From assembly GCA_947630725.1 (NCBI GenBank), contig CANRIS010000005.1:36887-100886 (forward strand): a stretch of 64,000 nucleotides of DNA. The letters run 5' to 3'. The position numbers and the translations under genes were made by a program. Source of the stretch: an uncultured Clostridia bacterium. Lineage in GTDB: Bacteria; Bacillota; Clostridia; Lachnospirales; CAG-274. The notes beneath the pieces were generated by a model. The model did no database searches, had not been told where the DNA came from, and was given only the letters and a program-made list of their open reading frames with translations. This document shows positions 19,569-29,910 of this stretch, in pieces (the stretch's first letter is position 1; each line of letters begins with the position of its first letter).

Positions 19569-19806
19569 GGGACACCATCATCAAAATGCAGTCGCATTTT
19601 GATGAGTACCAAATGTGCGTGCCGGGCAAGCCGGCGACTTCATTTGGAGGTAGGAATATAAATTTAAATTTTTCAAAAACTACGTTTTTTCAAATTTAAA
19701 TTTATTCCTCGGACGGGCAGAGCTCGTCCTGCGGATTAAAGTCTGCGACGCTTCTTAGAAATTTAATTTTCGGACACCACCTGCGGATTAAAGTCTGTGA
19801 TGATGC
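19569..19806 (+). repeat. family-2 modular hairpin-mosaic intergenic repeat, copy 1
   Basis: Contains the modules CATCAAAATGC-n-GCATTTTGATG and CCAAATG..GCCGGGCAAGCCGGC..CATTTGG. Also contains an AT-rich long hairpin, GGACGGGCAGAGCTCGTCC, and two CTGCGGATTAAAGTCTG units. The same modules occur at 27692-27894 and 45006-45305. Confidence 0.85.
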
Positions 19807-19970
19807 ATACAATATATTTGTCGAATAACTTTTTTGATTATCAGTCAATTTACTTTTTTAACAGTATAAACAGGACAGCAGGACAATACATATGTACTGT
19901 CCTGCCGTTGGTTTTTATATTATATATTTTATATTTTGTGTGTTGTTATGTCTTGGCAGACGGAATTTTG

Positions 19971-21083
19971 TCAGATAACGGATCCCTTTGCCACAACAGC
20001 AGGCTCATCGGGAGTGCCTATTACCGATTTGCCGTCGGAGATAACGACTTCTTTGTCAAGAATAGCGTATTTTATGGTGCAGCCCTTGCCTACGACCGTA
20101 GATTCGAGAATGATGGAATTTTCAACTACAGCCTCCTGCTGAACAACAACCTTGCGGAAAACGACAGAGTTTTCTATTGTGCCGTCTATGATCGTTCCGC
20201 CTGAAATGAGAGAGTTCTTTACATTTGCGGTTGCGTTGTATTTTACGGGCGGATCGTCCTTGGGCTTTGTATAGATATAGGGCTCCTTAAGAAGGAGGTT
20301 GCGTATATCCTTGTTGAGGAACTTCATATTTGCATCATAATAAGCCTTTGTGCTGTTGAGGGTTACCCAATAGGGCTTATACTCAAAGCCATAAACCTTA
20401 AGGACGTTTCTGCCGGGCTTGATTATATCCTTTACAAGATCATACTTGCCCTGGGGGATAGTCTTTTCGAGAAGATCGATAAGGAGATTTCTCTTTATTA
20501 CATATATGCCCATTGAAGCTGTCGTAGCCTTGGGATTTTCGGGCTTTTCTTCAAAGTCTATTACCTTTCCGTCCTCGTCCATCTGCATAATTCCATAGCG
20601 GCGGGGCTGCTTGCTTGTGCCTGCAAGATCCTTGTAAGCTATGGTAATGTCCGCTCCCTTTTCTTCGTGGAAGCTTATAATGTCGTTGAAGTCCATCTTA
20701 TAGATAGCATCGCCTGATGTTATTACAACATAAGGCTCATTGGACTTTTTGAGATAGGTTATGTTCTGATAGATAGAGTCGGCCGTGCCTCTGTACCAGT
20801 TGTCATCATTGGGTCCTATAAAGGGCGAAAGTATGAAAAGACCGCCTTTTTTTGAACCGAAATCCCACCACTTTGAGGCTGAAAGGTGATCCTGAAGCGA
20901 ACGGAGATTGTACTGAGTGATAACGGCAACCTTGTTTATGCCTGAGTTTGTCATATTTGAAAGCGCAAAGTCGATGGCTCTGTAGCTGCCCCCAACGGGA
21001 ACGGCGGCAACGGCTCTTTCTTTGCACAAATCGCCTAACCTGTCGGAATTACCTCCGGCAAGAATGATACCTACAGCCTTCAT
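19971..21083 (-). CDS. glgD: glucose-1-phosphate adenylyltransferase, GlgD subunit
   Basis: 370 aa. Nucleotidyl-transferase N-domain (VGIILAGGNSDRLG) with a left-handed beta-helix C-domain. The start overlaps the glgC stop (TAATG). Confidence 0.9.
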   Translation of the reverse strand: MKAVGIILAGGNSDRLGDLCKERAVAAVPVGGSYRAIDFALSNMTNSGINKVAVITQYNLRSLQDHLSASKWWDFGSKKGGLFILSPFIGPNDDNWYRGTADSIYQNITYLKKSNEPYVVITSGDAIYKMDFNDIISFHEEKGADITIAYKDLAGTSKQPRRYGIMQMDEDGKVIDFEEKPENPKATTASMGIYVIKRNLLIDLLEKTIPQGKYDLVKDIIKPGRNVLKVYGFEYKPYWVTLNSTKAYYDANMKFLNKDIRNLLLKEPYIYTKPKDDPPVKYNATANVKNSLISGGTIIDGTIENSVVFRKVVVQQEAVVENSIILESTVVGKGCTIKYAILDKEVVISDGKSVIGTPDEPAVVAKGSVI

Positions 21084-22369
21084 TATAATTCCTCCTCCTT
21101 TAATACACAGGATTTTCCGCTGGGAAGCTCTGCTCCCGGGTAGTCCTCGGCTTTTGTTTCGCCGTAGATCACGCAGTTTTTGCCTATTGTGATACCCATG
21201 GGAACATATGAGTCGTTGCCGACAACGGTTATGCCGGTGTTATAGATATTGGGCTTGTCTTCATTTGCAATGTTCTCGCCTACGCCCATAGTTACGTTTT
21301 CGTCAACTACGGTGTTCTGGTCGATGATGCACTTGTATATCTTTGAGTTTGACTTTATGACACAGTTTTCCATAATAATGGAGTCATATACCTCGGCTCC
21401 TTCTTCAATGATAACGTCCTTTGAGATGACCGAATTTTTGACTGTGCCGTAGATCTGGCAGCCCTCGGATATGAGCGAGCGCTTTATATCGCCTGTGACG
21501 GAAGTGAACTGAGGCGGCTGATGGTTGTTCTGAGTATAGATTCTCCAGAATTTTTCATAGAGGTTAAATTCGGGAACGGTGTCTATAAGCTCCATATTTG
21601 CCAGCCAGTATGAGTCAATTGTACCTACGTCCTTCCAATAGTCCTTGAATCTCCATGCGCGCAGGGTAGCTCCTCCGTTAAGGAAGGCGGGGAGGATGTG
21701 CATACCGAAATCGGAGTCGGCATGAACCTTGTTGTCTGCTATAAGCGCTTCTCTGAGCTTGCTCCAGGTAAATATGTAGATACCCATTGAAGCCAGATTG
21801 CTCTTAGGATGTGCAGGCTTTTCTTCAAATTCGTAGATTCTGTCGTTGTCGCTTTCATCGGCGTTCATTATACCGAAACGGCTTGCTTCTTCCCACGGAA
21901 CCTCCATAACGGCTATGGTACAGTCGCACTTGTTCTTCTTATGGAAGCTCAGCATTGCGGAATAGTCCATTTTGTAGATGTGGTCGCCCGAAAGAATGAG
22001 AACATATTCGGGGTTGTAGTGGTCGATATAGCCTATATTCTGATAGATAGCGTTTGCGGTACCCGAATACCAGTCGCCTGCCTCGCCTGTTTTCTGATGG
22101 GGAGCGAGTATTGTTACACCGCCGCTCAGTCCGTCAAGATCCCACGGTGTGCCGATGCCGATGTGCTGGTTGAGCGTCAGGGGTTGATACTGTGTGAGAA
22201 CGCCCACAGTGTCAACTCCGGAATTGATACAGTTACTTAAGGGAAAGTCGATAATGCGGTACTTACCTCCGAATGCAACACCGGGTTTAGCCTTATCTGT
22301 AGTAAGCACACCGAGACGACTGCCCTGACCGCCGGCTAAAAGCATAGCCAACATTTCTTTTTTACGCAT
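21083..22369 (-). CDS. glgC: glucose-1-phosphate adenylyltransferase
   Basis: [40 protein letters not shown]. 428 aa. Confidence 0.95.
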   Translation of the reverse strand: MRKKEMLAMLLAGGQGSRLGVLTTDKAKPGVAFGGKYRIIDFPLSNCINSGVDTVGVLTQYQPLTLNQHIGIGTPWDLDGLSGGVTILAPHQKTGEAGDWYSGTANAIYQNIGYIDHYNPEYVLILSGDHIYKMDYSAMLSFHKKNKCDCTIAVMEVPWEEASRFGIMNADESDNDRIYEFEEKPAHPKSNLASMGIYIFTWSKLREALIADNKVHADSDFGMHILPAFLNGGATLRAWRFKDYWKDVGTIDSYWLANMELIDTVPEFNLYEKFWRIYTQNNHQPPQFTSVTGDIKRSLISEGCQIYGTVKNSVISKDVIIEEGAEVYDSIIMENCVIKSNSKIYKCIIDQNTVVDENVTMGVGENIANEDKPNIYNTGITVVGNDSYVPMGITIGKNCVIYGETKAEDYPGAELPSGKSCVLKEEEL

Positions 22370-22796
22370 TTATATCACCTCGCGAAAGTATTTTATAAGA
22401 GCGCAGTTTTTCTGCCGCCCAAATACAGTACGGTTTAAACAAAAAGGCATTTTTTAAGCCGTACCCTACATCCTTTTAATTATTTTAACACATCTTTTAG
22501 TAAATTACAACAATAAATGTAAAAAAATATAAAAATGTTTGTATATATTTGGTAAGAATATTTGTCCGAAAGCTGTTTACTATATAAAAATGCGGAAGAA
22601 AAATCACAAAAATCACAAATATTTTTATAGAAATCTTATACTTTTGATATTGACATATATCAGTATAATCGGTTAAAATTATAAAAAGTATATGTGCCGA
22701 TACGATTTATGGGACAAACAGCCTTTTTGCATATGAAACGGTAAGGTATTTCATATGACGGCATATAATATATTATATATATCAGGGTGGACAATT

Positions 22797-24158
22797 ATGA
22801 ATCTGAATGAACATAAAAATATACATTTTATAGGAATAGGCGGAATAAGTATGTCGGCTCTCGCCGAAATACTGAACTATGAGGGCTACAGAGTGACGGG
22901 CTCGGACTTTCAGGAGGGAGATATGACAAGGCATCTCCGTTCTGTCGGCATAGATGTAGCCATAGGCCACAGCAGCGAAAATATAAAAAAGGACTGTGAC
23001 CTTATAGTATATAATGCTGCCATAGCCGAGGACAACCCCGAAAGAGCCGAGGGAAGAAAAAGAGGCATAGAGGAGGTCGGCAGAGCCGAGCTTATAGGAT
23101 TTCTTATGAAGGAATACGACTGCCCCATATCGGTTGCAGGCACTCACGGAAAGACCACCACAAGCTCTATGATTTCGGAGGTGCTTATGGCGGCGGGAGT
23201 GGATCCGACTGTGAGCATAGGGGGGATATTGCCGTCAATACACAGCAATTATCGTCTGGGATCGAGAAAATATATAGTGCTTGAGACCTGTGAGTACAGA
23301 GACAGCTTTCTCAAATTCAATCCGTACTGCGCAGTTATACTCAATATAGACAGAGACCATACCGACTATTTCAAAACAATGGATCAGATGTATGAGTCTT
23401 TCAACAAATTCGTAAACAGGATAGGCGGTTTTTTGGTAATAAACAGGGATATTGACCGCTTTGACAAGGTAGTCGAAAATTTTAAGGGCAAGATAATAAC
23501 CTACGGAAAAGAAAACGCCATGTGGACTGCCGAAAATATTGTTATGGAAAAGGGCTACGGAAGATATGACGCTTGTTTCAACGGCAGGAAGGCGGCTTCG
23601 ATAGAGCTTTCGGTACCCGGTATGCACAATGTGTATAACAGCCTCGGAGCAGTTGCTCTTTGTTCGGAGCTGGGAGTGGTTTCGGAGGTTATTGAAAAGG
23701 GGCTTAAGCATTTTTCGGGAACAGGCAGACGCTTTGAGAAAAAGGGTGAGTATGAGGGAGTTCCCGTAGTGGACGACTATGCTCACCACCCGACCGAAAT
23801 AAAGGCTACACTCAACGCCGCAAGGGAAATGGGGTATAAAAGGATAGTTGCGGCTTTTCAGCCTCATACCTATACGAGGACGAGAGATCTTTTCGACAGG
23901 TTTGCTGACGCTCTTAAGCTTGCCGACAAAGTATATCTTCTGGATATATATGCAGCGAGGGAAAAGGATCCCGGCGATATTCACTCAAAGGATCTTGCGG
24001 ATGCTCTTTGCGCAGAGGGAAAGGATGCGGTTTATTCCGAAAGCTTTGACGCCTGCGTATCATCGCTTAAGTCGGAGCTGAGAGAGGGAGACATATTCCT
24101 CACAATAGGAGCGGGAACAGTATATAGGATAGGCGACAGCCTTGTGGGAAAAGAATAA
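22797..24158 (+). CDS. murC: UDP-N-acetylmuramate--L-alanine ligase
   Basis: IHFIGIGGISMSALAEIL Rossmann motif and GTHGKTTTSSM P-loop. Start taken at MNLNEHK (ATG 22797), after the GGTGG SD-like motif. Confidence 0.95.
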   Translation: MNLNEHKNIHFIGIGGISMSALAEILNYEGYRVTGSDFQEGDMTRHLRSVGIDVAIGHSSENIKKDCDLIVYNAAIAEDNPERAEGRKRGIEEVGRAELIGFLMKEYDCPISVAGTHGKTTTSSMISEVLMAAGVDPTVSIGGILPSIHSNYRLGSRKYIVLETCEYRDSFLKFNPYCAVILNIDRDHTDYFKTMDQMYESFNKFVNRIGGFLVINRDIDRFDKVVENFKGKIITYGKENAMWTAENIVMEKGYGRYDACFNGRKAASIELSVPGMHNVYNSLGAVALCSELGVVSEVIEKGLKHFSGTGRRFEKKGEYEGVPVVDDYAHHPTEIKATLNAAREMGYKRIVAAFQPHTYTRTRDLFDRFADALKLADKVYLLDIYAAREKDPGDIHSKDLADALCAEGKDAVYSESFDACVSSLKSELREGDIFLTIGAGTVYRIGDSLVGKE

Positions 24159-24191
24159 AATAAATTGCTCCCAAGCCTACGGGACGGGGCT

Positions 24192-24334
24192 GCTCACACC
24201 TTTGCCACGGCAAAGGCGGAGCCGCAAAGGGGGCGGCGCTCTGAGCCGCGAAGCGGCTCAGAGCTGCCCCTGCTGCCGCAGGCAGCAGGGGCGTACTTTT
24301 GTCCTGTGGACAAAAGTACGCCGCCCGAATGTTG
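24192..24334 (-). repeat. family-1 multi-hairpin repeat, copy B
   Basis: Reverse complement of the copy A/D architecture. Shortened last hairpin (CCTTTGCC-ACG-GCAAAGG). Confidence 0.85.
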
Positions 24335-24413
24335 GATCTGTGGAGAAGTAAGGCTTTGACATAAAACCGCAGGACGCGCATGGCGGAGCGTGAAAATACT
24401 TGTTTATGACAAA

Positions 24414-24456
24414 GACACACCTTTAGCCGGAAAAAGAAAAAAGGCGTGTCCTTTTT
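24414..24456 (+). terminator. intrinsic terminator closing repeat unit B
   Basis: GACACACCTTT ... AAAGGCGTGTC stem (one mismatch) followed by CTTTTT. Confidence 0.55.
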
Positions 24457-24558
24457 ATATAGCAATAAGTTTCTTTCTTTTACATACAATGGGACGTTAC
24501 TTAGGGGACTTATGAAAAGTGCAGGGGCAAAGGAAATTTATAGTAAAGACAGGGGCTT

Positions 24559-24700
24559 GCTCACACCTTTGCCGTGGCAAAGGCGGAGCCGCAAGGGGGC
24601 GGCGCTCTGAGCCGCGAAGCGGCTCAGAGCTGCCCCTGCTGCCGCAGGCAGCAGGGGCGTACTTTTGTCCTGCGGACAAAAGTACGCCGCCCGAATGTTG
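24559..24700 (-). repeat. family-1 multi-hairpin repeat, copy C
   Basis: Near-identical to copy B. It is part of a second unit of about 270 bp (24552-24820). Confidence 0.85.
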
Positions 24701-24778
24701 GATCTGTGGAGAAGTAAGGTTTCAGCATAAAACCACAGGACGCGCATGGCGAAGCATGAATATATTTGTTTATGACAA

Positions 24779-24820
24779 AAACACACCTTGAACGGAAAAA
24801 AGAAAAAGGTGTGTTTTTTG
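24779..24820. terminator. bidirectional intrinsic terminator (repeat unit C / MATE gene)
   Basis: AAACACACCTT ... AAGGTGTGTTTTTT. A-run and T-run on either side. Lies 30 nt beyond the MATE stop. Confidence 0.6.
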
Positions 24821-24850
24821 TATATATATTTTAGGCTGTATGAGAGGCGG

Positions 24851-26203
24851 TTATTTGCCGTCCGAGGGGAGAGTCTTGAAAAAGTGTATAGTCATGGGAG
24901 CGACCGTCAGGAAGGTGAAAAAGTCGCTCAGGGGCTGCGCCATTTGTATTCCAAGCAGACCGATGGTGTTTCCCAGAATAAAGAGTATGGGCAGGAAGAA
25001 CAGTCCGCTTCTGAGAAGTGAGGATATTGTGGCTTTGATAACCTTTCCGGTACTCTGGAAGGTCATATTGCTCATTACTCCGAGGGGCTGAAAAAACAGT
25101 CCCACGCATTGAAATCTGAAAGCCGTTGTGCCTATCGCCAGAACCTCGGGGTCTTTTCTGAAAAGGCCTATGAGAACGGGCGCAGCGAACATACCTACGA
25201 CAGCGAAGGTGCCAAGAAGAACCTCACCCGCTCCCAGAGTGAAAACAAAGGCTTTTCTGACCCTTGAATATTTTTTCGCTCCGTAGTTGTAGCCGCATAC
25301 GGGCTGAAAGCCCTGTCCTATGCCGAGGGATACGGCAAATATGAAGAAAGCGAGCCTTGACACTATGCTCATTGCCGCAACAGCCGTGTCGCCGTAAACA
25401 GCCGCAAAGTTGTTGAGCTGCATAGTTGAAATGCTCTGAAGTCCCTGTCTAGCCAAGGACGGAAAGCCTGTTGTGCATATTCTCGAAAGCTTTGTAAAAT
25501 CAAGTCTGAAATGTCTTATGCTGAGCCTGCTTTGGGTCTTGCCTCGGAGAAAGAATGACAGAAGTATGCCGAAGCTGATAAGCTGCGAAAGGCAGGTGGA
25601 TATGCCTGCTCCCGATATGCCGAGGCCGAGACCGAAAATAAGTATGGGATCGCCAACGAGGTTCAGGACTGCGCCCGAAACAAGGCCGATCATTGCGAGG
25701 TTTGCTTTTCCCTCAAATCTGAGAATATTGTTCATAACGAAGCTTGTTACCATAAATGGCCCCGAAATGATTATATATGTAACATAGTCGGACGCATACG
25801 GCAGTATTGTTTCGGTGCTGCCCAGAAGTCTGAGGAAGGGTTTAAGAAATACAAAACACAGTATTCCCATAACGAGACTTATGCAAAAAGCCATAACGAA
25901 AGATATTGTGGCGTATTGTCCCGTGCTTTTTTCGTCTCTGTCGCCAAGACTTCTTGATATGAGGCTGCCTGCGCCCTGGCCGAAAAGAAAGCCTATGGCC
26001 TGAAGTACAGCCATAAAACCGAAAACTATACCAACGGCTCCGCTGGCGCTGGTGCCAAGCTGACTGACAAAATATGTGTCCCCAAGATTGTATATGTTTG
26101 ACACGAGCATACTTATTGTAGTGGGTATGCCGAGCTTTATTACCAGAGGGGCAACGGGAGCCTCGGTCATTATTCTGTATTGTCTTTCATCTTTCTTTTT
26201 CAT
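24851..26203 (-). CDS. MATE-family efflux transporter
   Basis: 450 aa with about 12 predicted TM helices. Typical MATE N-terminus (PVAPLVIKLGIPTTISMLVSNIYNLGDTYFVSQLG). Confidence 0.85.
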   Translation of the reverse strand: MKKKDERQYRIMTEAPVAPLVIKLGIPTTISMLVSNIYNLGDTYFVSQLGTSASGAVGIVFGFMAVLQAIGFLFGQGAGSLISRSLGDRDEKSTGQYATISFVMAFCISLVMGILCFVFLKPFLRLLGSTETILPYASDYVTYIIISGPFMVTSFVMNNILRFEGKANLAMIGLVSGAVLNLVGDPILIFGLGLGISGAGISTCLSQLISFGILLSFFLRGKTQSRLSIRHFRLDFTKLSRICTTGFPSLARQGLQSISTMQLNNFAAVYGDTAVAAMSIVSRLAFFIFAVSLGIGQGFQPVCGYNYGAKKYSRVRKAFVFTLGAGEVLLGTFAVVGMFAAPVLIGLFRKDPEVLAIGTTAFRFQCVGLFFQPLGVMSNMTFQSTGKVIKATISSLLRSGLFFLPILFILGNTIGLLGIQMAQPLSDFFTFLTVAPMTIHFFKTLPSDGK

Positions 26204-26458
26204 AAAACATCATTTCTCCTCAAAAAAGCGCAGCCGTATACGAAAAGGTACAAACAAGTGTTTTGGCCGCAGCGGTACATATCTGAATAATAGTCACAAG
26301 CTTATATTTTATTAATAATTATAACATTATATTTTGGCTTTGCAACAAAATTTTGTATTAAAACCGTTTTTTTCTTGTGGGTATTCATTATCCGCCGAGA
26401 GCTTTTTGGGTAAAAGCAGAGGAAAACGCTTGGGGAAGATGGTTATTGCTTATTTCTC

Positions 26459-26487
26459 TTGACAGATTTTTTGACTGAAAGTATAAT
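26459..26487 (+). promoter_or_regulatory. consensus sigma-A promoter upstream of argF
   Basis: TTGACA (26459-26464), a 17-nt spacer, then TATAAT (26482-26487). An inverted repeat CCTTATA-n11-TATAAGG lies just downstream (26491-26515). Confidence 0.6.
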
Positions 26488-26537
26488 AGCCTTATAAGCA
26501 AAAATTATATAAGGATATAAATATTCAGGAGGAAGCT

Positions 26538-27479
26538 ATGAGTATAAATCTCTACAAAAGGAATTTTCTGACCCTTAAGGACTATTCTAAGGAAGAAATT
26601 CTCTATCTGCTTGAGCTTGCTAAGGAGCTTAAAACTAAAAAACAGCACAACATTTTTGAAAAGAACCTTTCAAACAAAAACATTGCGCTTATATTTGAAA
26701 AAAATTCCACAAGAACACGCTGCGCCTTTGTTGTAGCCTGCAATGACGAGGGAGCGCACCCCGAATTTCTCTCCAAGACAGACATACATCTGGGAGGCAA
26801 GGAGGATACCAAGGACACCGCAAGAGTTCTGGGCAGAATGTTTGACGGAATAGAGTTCAGAGGCTTTTCGCAGAAAACCGTTGAGACTCTGGCGCAGTAC
26901 AGCGGAGTACCCGTGTGGAACGGTCTCACGGACGAGGATCACCCCACGCAGGTTCTTGCGGACTTTCTAACGATACAAGAGAATTTCGGCAGGCTTGAAA
27001 ATATAAACCTTACCTACATAGGCGACGGAAGAAACAATATGTCTAACGCTCTTATGATAGGATCGTCAAAATGCGGCATAAATTATAAGGTGGTTTCGCC
27101 GAAGGAGCTTTTCCCGAGTGAGGAGCTTGTGGAAACGTGCAGGCTCTGGGCAAATGAAAGCGGCGGAAGCATAACAGTCACAGACAATATGGACGATGTG
27201 GCAGGCTCGGACGTTATATATACCGATGTGTGGGTATCAATGGGCGAGGAGGCAAAGTCCGCCGAGAGATATGCGCTGCTTACACCCTACAGGGTAGATT
27301 CGGACGTTATGAAAAAAGCAGGCAACGGCTGTATTTTTATGCACTGTCTGCCTGCGGTAAAGGGCAACGAGGTCACGGAGGAGGTCTTTGAAAGTCCCGC
27401 TTCAGTCGTTTTTGACGAGGCTGAAAACAGAATGCATACCATAAAGGCTGTTATGGTGGCTACGCTTGCCGACAACTGA
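26538..27479 (+). CDS. argF: ornithine carbamoyltransferase
   Basis: STRTRCAF carbamoyl-phosphate motif, [19 protein letters not shown] and HCLPA. Confidence 0.9.
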   Translation: MSINLYKRNFLTLKDYSKEEILYLLELAKELKTKKQHNIFEKNLSNKNIALIFEKNSTRTRCAFVVACNDEGAHPEFLSKTDIHLGGKEDTKDTARVLGRMFDGIEFRGFSQKTVETLAQYSGVPVWNGLTDEDHPTQVLADFLTIQENFGRLENINLTYIGDGRNNMSNALMIGSSKCGINYKVVSPKELFPSEELVETCRLWANESGGSITVTDNMDDVAGSDVIYTDVWVSMGEEAKSAERYALLTPYRVDSDVMKKAGNGCIFMHCLPAVKGNEVTEEVFESPASVVFDEAENRMHTIKAVMVATLADN

Positions 27480-27527
27480 CGCCGTATATTTTCCGAAACT
27501 TAACTGAAACTTAAAATATACATTACA

Positions 27528-27565
27528 GGATCCGTTTATATAAAGTATATTCGGATCCTTTTTTG
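27528..27565 (+). terminator. intrinsic terminator after argF
   Basis: GGATCCG ... CGGATCC stem followed by TTTTTTG. Confidence 0.65.
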
Positions 27566-27691
27566 TATTTTGATTATATAATTAATGATTTGTCGGTAAA
27601 TAGGACATACTTATTTTATTAAAGAAACAGACTGTTAAAAAAGTAAATCTGTTTATAATAATAAAAATATTCGACAAATATATTATATACA

Positions 27692-27894
27692 GCGTCGCAG
27701 ACTTTAATCCGCAGGTAGTGTCCGAAAGAAATCGGATTGCCCGAAGGGCAACTTTTCCGCAAGGAAAAGCACTGAGCGTAAGCTTTGCCCGCCCTTTATC
27801 CAAATGAAGTCGCCGGCTTGCCCGGCACGCACATTTGGCCTCATCAAAATGCGGCTGCATTTTGATGACAGCGTGTAGATTTTTCGACACGCTG
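27692..27894 (-). repeat. family-2 modular hairpin-mosaic repeat, copy 2 (inverted)
   Basis: Its reverse complement carries CAGCGTGTCG..CGACACGCTG, the CATCAAAATGC hairpin, the CCAAATG..CATTTGG module and one CTGCGGATTAAAGTCTGCGACGC unit. The central module is replaced by three different small hairpins. Confidence 0.85.
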
Positions 27895-28057
27895 AAAGAA
27901 GACATGAAGATATTTTTGTGATATGCCGCAGGGCTGTCGCATAATATCAGGCGGTGCAGCCGCAGGACGAATATCATTGTCCTTATAATGCACCAAAAAT
28001 AGACAATTCAAATAATCATAACCTTTTTTTTTGAAAAAAATATGTCTATTATTACAA

Positions 28058-28086
28058 TTGACAAAATCTAAACAATATGAGATAAT
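28058..28086 (+). promoter_or_regulatory. candidate sigma-A promoter (extended -10) upstream of pckA
   Basis: TTGACA (28058-28063), a 17-nt spacer ending in TGa, then GATAAT (28081-28086). Confidence 0.55.
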
Positions 28087-28116
28087 TGATTTAAAATTTT
28101 TTTAGGAGGTATAACT

Positions 28117-29814
28117 ATGTCTACGAAAGCTTATTATCCGATAAATGAAATAGGACTTAATAAAGCAGGCTTTTCAAAGACCAGATCCATTATAGAGGCA
28201 GCTTTTTACGGAAACAATGTAGTAAAGGTTAACACCCTTAAGGAGGCCTATGAGCTTGCTAAAAATTCTCCCGGTACGGTTGTAACGGATATGCCCGTTT
28301 ACAGAGGAGAGGAGTTCGGCCTTGAGCCTGACGCAAAGGTCCTTCTTTTTAACGATGGCGCCATTACGGGACGTTATGCAACTGCCCGCCGTATCTCGGG
28401 CGAACCCGGCGTTGACTGCGCAGCCCTTGACCTTGTGGCTATGGACGCTATCTATGAAACACGCTGGAAAACAATGTATCACGCAGAGGTTTTTGTGGGT
28501 CTTGATCCCGAATTTATGGTAAAGGCTCATCTTCTTATCCCCGAGGGAGAAGAAAATATACTTTATAACTGGATGCTCAACTTCCAGTATATGTCGGACG
28601 AGTATGTAAAGATGTACAAGAAGTCCAAACCCGTTGGAGACGGAAAAGAAGCAGATATATACATCTTCTCCGATCCTCAGTGGAACGGCTCCGACAGACC
28701 CAACGTATCTCTTGACTGTCTTTCGGATCCCCAAAAAAAGACTCTCTGCTACTTCAATACAAACACAAACTGCGCTTGTATCCTCGGTATGAGATACTTC
28801 GGAGAGCATAAGAAGGGTACCCTCACAATGGCATGGGCTATCGCAAACCGCAACGGCTATGCGTCATGCCACGGCGGACAGAAGGAATATACCCTTGCAG
28901 ACGGCAGCAAGTATGTTGCATCAGTATACGGTCTTTCGGGCTCAGGCAAGTCTACTCTCACACACGCAAAGCACAACGGCAAGTATGAGATCAAGGTTCT
29001 TCACGATGACGCTTTCATTATAAACACAGACACCTGCGCATCAATAGCTCTGGAGCCGACATATTTTGATAAGACAGCCGATTATCCTACGGGCTGCCCC
29101 GACAACAAGTATCTGCTGACAGCTCAGAACTGTTCAGCTACGCTTGACGACAAGGGCAAGATCCAGCTTGTAACGGAAGATATAAGAAACGGAAACGGAC
29201 GTGCCATAAAGTCAAAGCTTTGGTCGCCCAACAGAGTTGACAGAATCGACTCTCCCGTAAACGCTATCTTCTGGATAATGAAGGATCCTACGATCCCGCC
29301 TGTTGTAAAGCTCAAGGGCGCATCGCTTGCATCCGTAATGGGCGCAACGCTTGCCACAAAGAGATCTTCCGCAGAGAGACTTGCACCCGGCGTTGACCCC
29401 AACAAGCTTGTGGTTGTACCCTATGCAAACCCCTTCAGAACCTATCCTCTTTCAAACGACTATGACAAGTTCAAGAAGCTTGTTGAAGAAAAGAACGTAG
29501 ATTGTTATATTATTAACACAGGCGACTTTATGGGCAAGAAAGTAAAGCCCTCCGATACTCTCGGCATTCTCGAAGCTATCGTAGAGAAAAAGGCTCAGTT
29601 CAAGCAGTGGGGTCCCTTCTCAGATATAGAAATTATGGATTGGGAAGGCTTCATACCCGATATGGACGACAAGGACTATGTTGCTCAGCTTAAGGCTCGT
29701 ATGAACGACAGAGTAAACGAGATTAAGGAATTTGCAGTGGCTAAGGAAGGCTATGACAAGCTTCCCGATGATGCACTTGCGGCAATTCAGAAGGTAGTGG
29801 ATGAGCTGGGCTGA
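28117..29814 (+). CDS. pckA: phosphoenolpyruvate carboxykinase (ATP)
   Basis: 565 aa. Kinase-1a P-loop [20 protein letters not shown] pattern (HDDAFII, GNGRAI). Confidence 0.9.
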   Translation: MSTKAYYPINEIGLNKAGFSKTRSIIEAAFYGNNVVKVNTLKEAYELAKNSPGTVVTDMPVYRGEEFGLEPDAKVLLFNDGAITGRYATARRISGEPGVDCAALDLVAMDAIYETRWKTMYHAEVFVGLDPEFMVKAHLLIPEGEENILYNWMLNFQYMSDEYVKMYKKSKPVGDGKEADIYIFSDPQWNGSDRPNVSLDCLSDPQKKTLCYFNTNTNCACILGMRYFGEHKKGTLTMAWAIANRNGYASCHGGQKEYTLADGSKYVASVYGLSGSGKSTLTHAKHNGKYEIKVLHDDAFIINTDTCASIALEPTYFDKTADYPTGCPDNKYLLTAQNCSATLDDKGKIQLVTEDIRNGNGRAIKSKLWSPNRVDRIDSPVNAIFWIMKDPTIPPVVKLKGASLASVMGATLATKRSSAERLAPGVDPNKLVVVPYANPFRTYPLSNDYDKFKKLVEEKNVDCYIINTGDFMGKKVKPSDTLGILEAIVEKKAQFKQWGPFSDIEIMDWEGFIPDMDDKDYVAQLKARMNDRVNEIKEFAVAKEGYDKLPDDALAAIQKVVDELG

Positions 29815-29861
29815 CAGCTCTGAGACTGCGTTGAATAAAAGACGACGGATCTGAAGTTTAT

Positions 29862-29910
29862 GGGCTGCCGCAGAATACTCGGTTGAGATATTTATCGGCA
29901 GCCCTTTTTT
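29862..29910 (+). terminator. intrinsic terminator after pckA
   Basis: GGGCTGCCG ... CGGCAGCCC stem followed by TTTTTT. Confidence 0.7.

Noticed and set aside
27582-27977. A 131-aa ORF on the minus strand covering family-2 copy 2. ORFs 44986-45198 and 44730-45116 similarly cover copy 3.
   Set aside because: They are composed almost entirely of repeat-module sequence. The frame is not conserved between copies, and there is no ribosome-binding site.
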